Source: a virus. From it: a stretch of DNA of 64,000 nt. Both the position numbers and the translations under genes were made by a program. Within the stretch, counting starts at the first letter, position 1. Each line of letters opens with the position of its first letter. Below the pieces are notes generated by a model that worked only from the letters and a program-made list of their open reading frames with translations, had not been told where the DNA came from and did no database searches. The stretch lies in IMG/VR virus record IMGVR_UViG_2595698409_000001. One strand, written 5' to 3'. Shown here in pieces: positions 37,221 through 44,530 of the stretch.

Positions 37221-37514
37221 ATGACTGATCCAAAAGAAGTCTCATCTTTTTCTATGGAAAGAAAAGAGTGTGAGAAGTGTGGTGCTGTTTGGCTTAACGG
37301 GCAGCATATGTGGACTGGCACTGGAAAGACCGGGAATGTATTAGATCTTGCTGGATTGGTTTGCAACAATAATAGTAGTGAAAATCCAGATTAAAATAAG
37401 TGTATTAACTCCAAGAGGGGGGTTATTGGTGGTCATACTTGGGAGTATAGAAGAGGATATGTTGAGGGTCAATTAGATGCTATGATGAAAACGTCAGCGA
37501 TGCCTGACAGTTAA
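37221..37514 (+). pseudogene. Cys-containing hypothetical protein (97 codons) interrupted by in-frame TAA at 37392-37394; probably a sequence error
   Basis: MTDPKEVSSFSMERKECEKCGAVWLNGQHMWTGTGKTGNVLDLAGLVCNNNSSENPD*NKCINSKRGVIGGHTWEYRRGYVEG...; the same frame continues to TAA 37512-14. Not in the ORF track. Confidence 0.65.
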
Positions 37515-37565
37515 AGGACATGCACTAAAAGTCCAGTCATAGATAGTGTAGTTACAGATTTTTTT

Positions 37566-37889
37566 ATGAAAATTTTAATTGCTTTGATTGCATCATTTTT
37601 TATCGCTTTACCTGCATGGGCGGTAGATGTATCGATGGGTGCTGGTGGCAATTTAGTATTTGAGCCTAATGAGATCACAATCTCTGCGGGTGAAACGGTG
37701 CATTTTGTCAATGAAGCATTACCTCCACATAACATTATTGTAGAGGCACGTCCAGATCTTTCCAGAGAAGCATTACTTTTTGCTCCAGGAGAATCACAGG
37801 ACGTTGTATTTGCTGACGCAGGGGACTATAATTTCTTTTGTGGTCCTCACCAGGGCGCAGGCATGACTGGAGTAATTCACGTAAATTAA
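37566..37889 (+). CDS. petE: Plastocyanin
   Basis: Signal peptide ending AWA; GNLVFEP, PHN, YNFFCGPHQGAGMTG (His, Cys, His, Met copper ligands). Confidence 0.95.
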   Translation: MKILIALIASFFIALPAWAVDVSMGAGGNLVFEPNEITISAGETVHFVNEALPPHNIIVEARPDLSREALLFAPGESQDVVFADAGDYNFFCGPHQGAGMTGVIHVN

Positions 37890-37897
37890 TTAACAAA

Positions 37898-38386
37898 ATG
37901 AAAGTTGGAATGATTGGTCTTGGTTATATGGGTGAGGGTATGTCTCGCCTTATGATCAAAGAAGGAATTAAAGTTTGGAGTTATAGTAATAACTACGAAA
38001 AATCATGTGAGCAATACGAAGCAGGATATGTAAGTGGTGTCACTACTTCACTAGAAAGTCTTGCCATGATAGTTAAAACTAAAGAGATCTATGGAGAAAA
38101 GTCTGGAGAGACTGTGCAATTTGGAGAATCGGGTATCTTTATGATATCTGTTTCACCAGAAAAGGTAGACGATACCCTTGATGAGTTAGTGCCATTACTT
38201 TCTGAAGGTGACATTATTATTGATTATAGTAATGGTGATATTACAAAATCTCAGGAAATGGAAAAATACTGCTCTAAGTTGGGTATCTCATATATCTTCT
38301 CTGGTGTGTATGGAGCAAGTCATGCTATTAATACATGCTCTAAAATTTTCCAATCGCTATCACCAGGTAATGCCACACGAATTTGA
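37898..38386 (+). CDS. Stand-alone 6-phosphogluconate-dehydrogenase-like NAD(P)-binding domain (truncated gnd-like)
   Basis: MKVGMIGLGYMGEGMSRLM (GxGxxG) and LLSEGDIIIDYSN match the 6PGDH N-domain; ends after 162 aa. ATG 37898 is preferred over 37838, which overlaps petE. Confidence 0.7.
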   Translation: MKVGMIGLGYMGEGMSRLMIKEGIKVWSYSNNYEKSCEQYEAGYVSGVTTSLESLAMIVKTKEIYGEKSGETVQFGESGIFMISVSPEKVDDTLDELVPLLSEGDIIIDYSNGDITKSQEMEKYCSKLGISYIFSGVYGASHAINTCSKIFQSLSPGNATRI

Positions 38387-38555
38387 TCCATGCGAAGCAC
38401 CTATAGAGGGTGAAGTTGACAAGTGGGGGTTTACTATTAAACCCACTATTAGTGATGATGAATTAATTCTTATGTGTCTTAAGAATGCTCCTTGTGGTAG
38501 TGATAGAAAGCAGGCAATAAAGTTAATTAAACTCTACGAGGAAAAAATTCAATGA
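38370..38555 (+). CDS. Hypothetical protein (61 aa)
   Basis: MPHEFDPCEAPIEGEVDKWGFTIKP...; overlaps both neighbours in operon fashion. Confidence 0.65.
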   Translation: MPHEFDPCEAPIEGEVDKWGFTIKPTISDDELILMCLKNAPCGSDRKQAIKLIKLYEEKIQ

Positions 38556-38683
38556 CTTTAGCACATGTCCTACTTTTCGGATCACTACCATTCATATGTG
38601 CCACCATTTATTTCGGGCACAGAAAAGGTGAAAATGTCTATTATGAAAGTGACAAATATGACGGAAACGGAACAGCGCATTAG
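38552..38683 (+). CDS. ndhP: NdhP-like small subunit of NDH-1L (43 aa)
   Basis: MTLAHVLLFGSLPFICATIYFGHRKGENVYYESDKYDGNGTAH*: one TM helix plus a tail matching the NdhP pattern FG.R.G..Y(D/E)(S/T)D.Y.GNG(S/T)AH as recalled; ATGA-coupled start. Confidence 0.75.
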   Translation: MTLAHVLLFGSLPFICATIYFGHRKGENVYYESDKYDGNGTAH

Positions 38684-38873
38684 AATGAGATATGCGTTTG
38701 CAATGTCCTCCTTCGGGAGGATGTTTCGACCAGATCATATTACACTAGAGATGAGAGATCTTTGTAATGAATGGTCTCAGATTGAAGAGCAACCACCTCA
38801 GGGAGATTTATATCTGGTTGATAGATATTTCTTAGAACTTTGGAAGTCATGGTCATCGAAATCAGCATCATAA
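38658..38873 (+). CDS. Hypothetical protein (71 aa)
   Basis: MTETEQRIRMRYAFAMSSFGRMF...; start moved from 38565 because that extension overlaps ndhP in another frame. Confidence 0.6.
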   Translation: MTETEQRIRMRYAFAMSSFGRMFRPDHITLEMRDLCNEWSQIEEQPPQGDLYLVDRYFLELWKSWSSKSAS

Positions 38874-38929
38874 TAATCTATTGTGTATTTGGATTAATTC
38901 TATTCACCCTATCGGTTTTACAAGAATGA
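38849..38929 (+). CDS. Hydrophobic micropeptide (26 aa)
   Basis: MVIEISIIIIYCVFGLILFTLSVLQE*; its stop overlaps the next ATG. Confidence 0.4.
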   Translation: MVIEISIIIIYCVFGLILFTLSVLQE

Positions 38930-39078
38930 TGTTACAGTTTGCTAGGTTTTGCGGAACAGTATTAAACAACCCATGGGGATGTGGACTATTGGCATGGTGC
39001 CTGGTCTTCGTCCCCATTATTGGTATGTGGGCAGTCCATAAATACGATTGGCAACATTGGGAACCATTTCGCAAATGA
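38926..39078 (+). CDS. Single-TM small protein (50 aa)
   Basis: MMLQFARFCGTVLNNPWGCGLLAWCLVFVPIIGMWAVHKYDWQHWEPFRK*; ATGA coupling at both ends. Confidence 0.65.
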   Translation: MMLQFARFCGTVLNNPWGCGLLAWCLVFVPIIGMWAVHKYDWQHWEPFRK

Positions 39079-39170
39079 GTGTATTTATTGTATTTGGATT
39101 GTTAATACCTCTCAGTTTAATCCTTATAGTGATGAAACTTTCTTTATGGATTAAATCAGTAAATGATTAA
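39075..39170 (+). CDS. Hydrophobic micropeptide (31 aa)
   Basis: MSVFIVFGLLIPLSLILIVMKLSLWIKSVND*; ATGA-coupled. Confidence 0.5.
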   Translation: MSVFIVFGLLIPLSLILIVMKLSLWIKSVND

Positions 39171-39172
39171 TT

Positions 39173-39382
39173 ATGAATTTATTATTAAGACCTCTAGATA
39201 ATGCTAACGACCCTGTGTGGTCAGTGATTATGTGTGTGATACTTGCAGTTGCAGGAGCATTGTTTGTAGTCATATACATACTAAGAGAAGCATTTGCAGA
39301 GTTAGAAAATGGGAGCAATGACACCACCGAGCAGGAAGAGCTGCTACAACTTCCGAGTGACGGAGATCAACCGTGTCCTTGA
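39173..39382 (+). CDS. Single-TM small protein (69 aa)
   Basis: MNLLLRPLDNANDPVWSVIMCVILAVAGALFVVIYILREAFAE... Confidence 0.6.
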   Translation: MNLLLRPLDNANDPVWSVIMCVILAVAGALFVVIYILREAFAELENGSNDTTEQEELLQLPSDGDQPCP

Positions 39383-39770
39383 TGGTGATACTATCGATGT
39401 CACTATTGACCTCGGGTTTGATTTATACAAGAAAGAAAGAGTTAGAGTTGCAGGCGTTGATACGCCAGAGAAAAGGACGAGAAACCTAGAGGAGAAAGCA
39501 CTTGGAATCGACGCAACCAACTGGCTCAAAGAGAAACTCGAAGGCACCAAGGCTGGTGATGATGAGTTGTCTGTTAGGACTGAACTTGTTGGTGGCACTG
39601 GCAAATACGGGCGTCTTCTGGGTTGGCTTTACATTGGGGACGACAGTGTGTCCCTTAACGAGCAAATGATTACAGAAGGATATGCTCATGCCTATGACGG
39701 AGGCACCAAGGATATGAATCTTGAAGCATTAAAAGAAATTCGTAGACAGCATGGGACGCTTGTAGAATGA
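39309..39770 (+). CDS. Thermonuclease (staphylococcal nuclease-like)
   Basis: RVLDGDTIDV.IDLGF...ERVRVAGVDTPE; GKYGRLLGWLY; NEQMITEGYA. Confidence 0.88.
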   Translation: MGAMTPPSRKSCYNFRVTEINRVLDGDTIDVTIDLGFDLYKKERVRVAGVDTPEKRTRNLEEKALGIDATNWLKEKLEGTKAGDDELSVRTELVGGTGKYGRLLGWLYIGDDSVSLNEQMITEGYAHAYDGGTKDMNLEALKEIRRQHGTLVE

Positions 39771-39853
39771 TGAGTGGATTATTTGTATTTGGATTTATGA
39801 TATTGATTACAATAGGAATGGAAATGACTTGGCCTGTGAAAAATAATAAATGA
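39767..39853 (+). CDS. Hydrophobic micropeptide (28 aa)
   Basis: MMSGLFVFGFMILITIGMEMTWPVKNNK*; ATGA-coupled to the nuclease and to gp17. Confidence 0.5.
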   Translation: MMSGLFVFGFMILITIGMEMTWPVKNNK

Positions 39854-41499
39854 GCACTAACGACGTATATCTTGGTAATCCTAATCTAAAGAAAGCAAAC
39901 GTTGCTTGGGAGTTTACTCCTGAGGAAGTAGAAGAATATTTGAAATGTTCTGAGGATCCTGTATATTTTATTCTAAACTATATTAAAATTGTTTCCCTTG
40001 ACGAAGGGGTTATTCCTTTTACTATGTACGACTTTCAAGTCGATATGGTAAAGAAGTTTCATGACAATAGATTTAATATTGCCAAGTTACCTCGTCAGTC
40101 TGGTAAATCTACTATCGTTACTGCATATCTTCTTTGGTATGTGCTATTCAATCAAAATGTCAATGTAGCAATCCTTGCAAACAAAGCAGCGACTGCCCGT
40201 GAAATGTTAGGTCGCTTACAACTTAGTTATGAAAATCTTCCAAAATGGCTTCAGCAAGGAATCCTCCAATGGAATAGAGGATCATTGGAATTGGAGAATG
40301 GCAGTAAAATTCTGGCTGCATCTACTTCCGCTAGTGCCGTCAGGGGCATGTCTTTTAATGTCATTTTTCTGGACGAATTCGCGTTTGTTCCGAATCACAT
40401 TGCTGATCAGTTCTTTTCATCTGTCTATCCTACTGTATCTTCTGGTAAAAGCACAAAGGTAATCATCATCTCTACGCCACACGGGATGAATATGTTTTAT
40501 AAACTCTGGCATGATTCAGAGCGTGGAGCGAATGAATACATACCTACAGAAGTCCACTGGTCGCAAGTCCCTGGTAGAGATGCTAAGTGGAAAGAGCAGA
40601 CAATTAAAAACACTTCAGAAGCTCAATTTCGAGTTGAGTTTGAATGTGAATTCCTAGGATCAGTTGACACACTTATTAGTCCTAGCAAGTTAAGGACTAT
40701 GGCATATGGAGATGCTATTGCAGAAAGAAACGGACTTGCAATGTATCAAAAAGTTGAGGAGGATCATCAATATGTTATCACGGCAGATGTTGCCAGAGGA
40801 GTATCAGGAGATTATTCTGCTTTCTTGGTGGTTGATACAACTACAATTCCATATCAAGTAGTTGCTAAGTATAGAAACAATGATATTAAACCAATCCTAT
40901 TTCCCAATGTAATTGTTGACGTTGCTAAAAATTATAATCAGGCATTTGTTTTGGTGGAAGTGAATGATGTTGGTGGTCAAGTTGCCGATATTATTCAATA
41001 TGATTTGGAGTATGAAAATCTTCTCATGGTTGCTATGCGTGGTCGTGCAGGTCAACAACTTGGTCAAGGATTTTCTGGAAAGAAAACCCAAATGGGAATC
41101 AAAATGTCTAGTGCAGTTAAACAGATTGGTTGCTCCAATCTCAAAGTTTTGATTGAAGATGATAAACTAAATATTCCAGATTATGATTGTATTGCTGAGT
41201 TAACCACATTCATTCAAAAAGGTCAGTCATTCCAAGCAGAAGAAGGTTGTAACGATGACTTGGCAATGTGCATGGTAATTTTTGCATGGATGACTATGCA
41301 ACCATATTTCAGAGAATTGAATGATAATGATGTGAGGGCAAGAATATATGCAGATCAAAGAGAATCAATTGAGCAAGATATGGCACCCTTTGGTTTTATG
41401 GATGATGGACTGGGAGACGAGTATTTTGCAGATGCACAGGGAGATGTTTGGCAAACTGCAGAGTACGGAGATAAATCCTATATGTGGGAGTATAGATAA
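39850..41499 (+). CDS. gp17: Terminase large subunit gp17
   Basis: KLPRQSGKST Walker A, IFLDEFAFV Walker B, ISTPHG, NDDLAM. Confidence 0.97.
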   Translation: MSTNDVYLGNPNLKKANVAWEFTPEEVEEYLKCSEDPVYFILNYIKIVSLDEGVIPFTMYDFQVDMVKKFHDNRFNIAKLPRQSGKSTIVTAYLLWYVLFNQNVNVAILANKAATAREMLGRLQLSYENLPKWLQQGILQWNRGSLELENGSKILAASTSASAVRGMSFNVIFLDEFAFVPNHIADQFFSSVYPTVSSGKSTKVIIISTPHGMNMFYKLWHDSERGANEYIPTEVHWSQVPGRDAKWKEQTIKNTSEAQFRVEFECEFLGSVDTLISPSKLRTMAYGDAIAERNGLAMYQKVEEDHQYVITADVARGVSGDYSAFLVVDTTTIPYQVVAKYRNNDIKPILFPNVIVDVAKNYNQAFVLVEVNDVGGQVADIIQYDLEYENLLMVAMRGRAGQQLGQGFSGKKTQMGIKMSSAVKQIGCSNLKVLIEDDKLNIPDYDCIAELTTFIQKGQSFQAEEGCNDDLAMCMVIFAWMTMQPYFRELNDNDVRARIYADQRESIEQDMAPFGFMDDGLGDEYFADAQGDVWQTAEYGDKSYMWEYR

Positions 41500-41510
41500 G
41501 GTTTCAAAAA

Positions 41511-41518
41511 TATAAATA
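41511..41518 (+). promoter_or_regulatory. Late promoter (TATAAATA)
   Basis: Perfect T4 late consensus upstream of gp18. Confidence 0.85.
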
Positions 41519-41557
41519 ATCCTAGACATTCGATGACCGTATCTAGGAGTTATAAAC

Positions 41558-43831
41558 ATGAGTGCATCAAATCAGCTATCCCCAGGTGTAGTTATCCAGG
41601 AGAGAGATCTTACTACGGTAACAACTCCAGTGGGCTTAAATGTTGGAGTATTAGCAGCTCCTTTTGCTCAAGGTCCCGTTGAGGAGATCGTAGAAGTTTC
41701 TTCAGAAAGACAACTTGCCTCAGTATTTGGCGAGCCAAACGATAATAATTATGAGTTTTGGTTTACAGCGTCACAGTTTCTTTCTTATGGTGGTGTCCTT
41801 AAGACAATTCGTGTTACTTCATCTAGTCTGAAAAATGCTATTAACACTGGCACCGCACCTCTAATCAAAAATCTCCAAGATTACGAGACAACTTACGAAA
41901 ATAGTAATAGCAACGGTTGGGAGTGGGCAGCACGCACTGCTGGCAGTCTCGGTAACTCAGTTGGTATTTTCGTAACTGATGCTGGTCCCGATCAAATTGC
42001 AGTACTTCCTGCTCCTGGATCAGGTAACGAATGGGAATTTGTTGTTGACGAAGCAGTTTCTGCTGCCTCTGGTGCTGCTGGTAAAGTATACAAGTATGGT
42101 CTTCGCTTAACGGTTGAGAATATTGTTGGCACCTTTACTCCTGGTACTACAACCACTATCGATATTAGCGGATCTGATGAAACTGTTAATGTCTTAGCAT
42201 GGGATTCTGCAAATAAGTTACTTGAAATTTCACTCCCTGCTGGTGGTGTTACTGGTATCATTGCTGATGCACAGACAATTACCCAAGGCACTAATACCGC
42301 AGATATCGCTGCAACTGGTATTCAACGTCTTCTTTACGTTGGTTTGAATGCATCAAGCGTTAAGTTTGCTGCTGCAGATAACATTGATGACACCAACAGC
42401 ACAACTGCTGCAGTCACTTCTGTCCGCAATGAGTATGCTGAGCGTGAGTATCTACCTGGATCTAAGTGGATTAACGTTGCCGCACGTCCTGGCACGTCAC
42501 TCTTTGCTTCTCAAGTAGGTGGAGAAAATGATGAGATGCACATTTTGGTTGTTGACATCGACGGTAAGATTACTGGAAATCCTGGATCTGTCCTTGAGCG
42601 TTTTATCGCAGTTTCCAAAGCATCTGATGGCAAAACTTCCGTAGGTGAAGTTAACTACTATAAGGAAGTAGTCAAGCAACGCTCCGAGTATCTCTATTGG
42701 GGATCACACGAAAGTGCAGCATTTACTGGAAGCAGTACTGCATCAGATGGAGATTCGGGTGCTTCTGCACTTAATCGTCGTTTCAACCTCCTTGTCTCTG
42801 CAGCAGGCACAGAATCTTATCCTGCTGCTGCAGTAACAGTTGGATCTACTGGCAACTCTACTTTCTACTATCGTCTTGGCGCTGCTTCAGCATCTGCTGG
42901 TGTAGACTACACTGCGGTTGGTGGTGTTTACAGTGTAACCAATACCGACATTGCAACTTCATATCAGTTGATTGAAGATCCCGAGTCTCAGACTATCGAC
43001 TTCATTCTTTCTGGTCCTGCTGGCGCAGATGATGCTGATGCACTTGCAAAAGCAACAACCATCATCAATATTCTGGAAGAGCGTCGTGATTGCTTAGCAT
43101 TCTTCTCACCTAAGAGATCTGATGTTATTGGCATTACTAATGCTCAAACAGTTACGAATAACATTGTAGATTACTTCGATCAAATCCCTTCTAGCAACTA
43201 TGCTATTTTTGATTCTGGTTACAAGTATATCTATGACAAGTATAATGATGTCTATCGTTATGTCCCCTGTAATGGTGACATTGCTGGTCTGATCTTGAAT
43301 ACTGCACAGGTTGCAGAGCCTTGGTTCTCTCCCGCAGGTTTCGCTCGTGGTGTCCTGAGAAATGCAATCAAACTTGCATACTCCCCCAATAAGACTCAGC
43401 GTGACACGCTGTATGGTAACAGAATTAATCCTGTCGTTTCTTTCCCTGGTCAGGGTATTGTCCTCTTTGGTGATAAGACTGCACAAGGATTTGCTTCTGC
43501 ATTCGATAGAATCAACGTCCGCCGTCTCTTCCTTGTTATTGAAAGAGTCATTAGTCAGGCAGCGAAGACACAACTCTTCGAGCAAAATGATGAAGCACAA
43601 AGATCCCTCTTCATTAACATTGTCGAGCCTTACTTGCGTGATGTCCAAGGTCGTCGTGGAGTGACTGACTTCCTCGTCAAGTGCGATGAAGATAATAACC
43701 CACCCGATTCAGTTGATCGTGGCGAATTCTATGCAGAGATTTTCGTAAAACCAACACGCACAATTAACTACATCACACTCTCCTTCATCGCAACTCGCAC
43801 GGGAGTTGCATTCACCGAAGTTGCCAACTGA
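41558..43831 (+). CDS. gp18: Tail sheath protein gp18
   Basis: SPGVVIQERDLT, PWFSPAGFARG, FDRINVRRLF, KPTRTINYITLSF. Confidence 0.97.
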   Translation: MSASNQLSPGVVIQERDLTTVTTPVGLNVGVLAAPFAQGPVEEIVEVSSERQLASVFGEPNDNNYEFWFTASQFLSYGGVLKTIRVTSSSLKNAINTGTAPLIKNLQDYETTYENSNSNGWEWAARTAGSLGNSVGIFVTDAGPDQIAVLPAPGSGNEWEFVVDEAVSAASGAAGKVYKYGLRLTVENIVGTFTPGTTTTIDISGSDETVNVLAWDSANKLLEISLPAGGVTGIIADAQTITQGTNTADIAATGIQRLLYVGLNASSVKFAAADNIDDTNSTTAAVTSVRNEYAEREYLPGSKWINVAARPGTSLFASQVGGENDEMHILVVDIDGKITGNPGSVLERFIAVSKASDGKTSVGEVNYYKEVVKQRSEYLYWGSHESAAFTGSSTASDGDSGASALNRRFNLLVSAAGTESYPAAAVTVGSTGNSTFYYRLGAASASAGVDYTAVGGVYSVTNTDIATSYQLIEDPESQTIDFILSGPAGADDADALAKATTIINILEERRDCLAFFSPKRSDVIGITNAQTVTNNIVDYFDQIPSSNYAIFDSGYKYIYDKYNDVYRYVPCNGDIAGLILNTAQVAEPWFSPAGFARGVLRNAIKLAYSPNKTQRDTLYGNRINPVVSFPGQGIVLFGDKTAQGFASAFDRINVRRLFLVIERVISQAAKTQLFEQNDEAQRSLFINIVEPYLRDVQGRRGVTDFLVKCDEDNNPPDSVDRGEFYAEIFVKPTRTINYITLSFIATRTGVAFTEVAN

Positions 43832-43838
43832 TAAGACT

Positions 43839-43860
43839 GGGGAATCTGAAAGGATTCCCC
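43839..43860 (+). terminator. Stable hairpin after gp18 (terminator or mRNA-stabilising stem)
   Basis: GGGGAATC-T-GAAA-G-GATTCCCC; no clear U tract. Confidence 0.5.
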
Positions 43861-43877
43861 TCAAAAATTTCATTTAT

Positions 43878-43884
43878 CTAAATA
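43878..43884 (+). promoter_or_regulatory. Late promoter variant (CTAAATA)
   Basis: About 25 nt upstream of gp19. Confidence 0.65.
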
Positions 43885-43908
43885 TTAACGACGGAGACAT
43901 TAAGAAAA

Positions 43909-44483
43909 ATGGCAATCAGAGGCACAATTGACGATTTTAAGGCTAGTGTAGTAAGTGACTTTGCTAGACCTAATCTATTCCAAGTAGATTTAAACTTTCC
44001 AACTGGCATCATTAATGATGCATCGCTTTCCAATTTGGGTAAGTTTACGGTTAGAGCAGCAAACTTACCATCTTCACAGATCGGTGTAATTGAAGTCCCA
44101 TTCAGAGGTCGTGTCCTCAAGATCGCAGGTGATCGCACCTTCGAACCTTGGACCATTACTATCATGAATGATTCTGGTTTCGTGCTCAGAAATGCATTCG
44201 AGCTTTGGGCAAATGCAATTCAAGCAGCAAACGAAAACTTCACTGCTGCATCAACACTCGGAGACGAAAGCGATTCGACTGGTTACTTCGCTGATATGAC
44301 TGTCCATCAGTTAGCACGCGATCTCAAGGATGGCGATGCACCTAAGGTTCTCAAGTCGTATAAGTTCTACAACTTATTCCAAGCAACATTTCCGCAATCG
44401 ATCTGGATTACGGCAACAACGATGCTGTTGAAGAATTCACTGTTGAGCTTCAGGTCCAGTATTGGACACCTGTCCAAGCATGA
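43909..44483 (+). CDS. gp19: Tail tube protein gp19, with an apparent 1-nt deletion frameshift near 44377-44380
   Basis: FARPNLFQV, IEVPFRGRVLKIAGDRTFEPWTIT. The typical C-terminus (PSNISAIDLDYGNNDAVEEFTVELQVQYWTP) is in the shifted frame and ends TGA 44481-83. Confidence 0.9.
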
Positions 44484-44495
44484 TTTTAATCCCTG

Positions 44496-44502
44496 ATAAA
44501 TA
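44496..44502 (+). promoter_or_regulatory. Late promoter (ATAAATA) embedded in an inverted repeat
   Basis: CCCTGAT-AAATAG-ATCAGGG upstream of gp20. Confidence 0.65.
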
Positions 44503-44530
44503 GATCAGGGTCAATCACGTTTTAAATATA

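Noticed and set aside
37540-37556. GAT-N8-TAC upstream of petE as a second NtcA box
   Set aside because: The first half-site is GAT rather than GTA and no properly spaced -10 is evident.
38565-38657. 5' extension of the 38565..38873 ORF
   Set aside because: It overlaps the NdhP-like gene in another frame; ATG 38658 is the better start.
43106-43648. 180-aa minus-strand ORF, and the many similar 60-160-aa antisense or alternative-frame ORFs in the track
   Set aside because: All lie wholly inside well-supported + strand genes and have no recognisable motifs.
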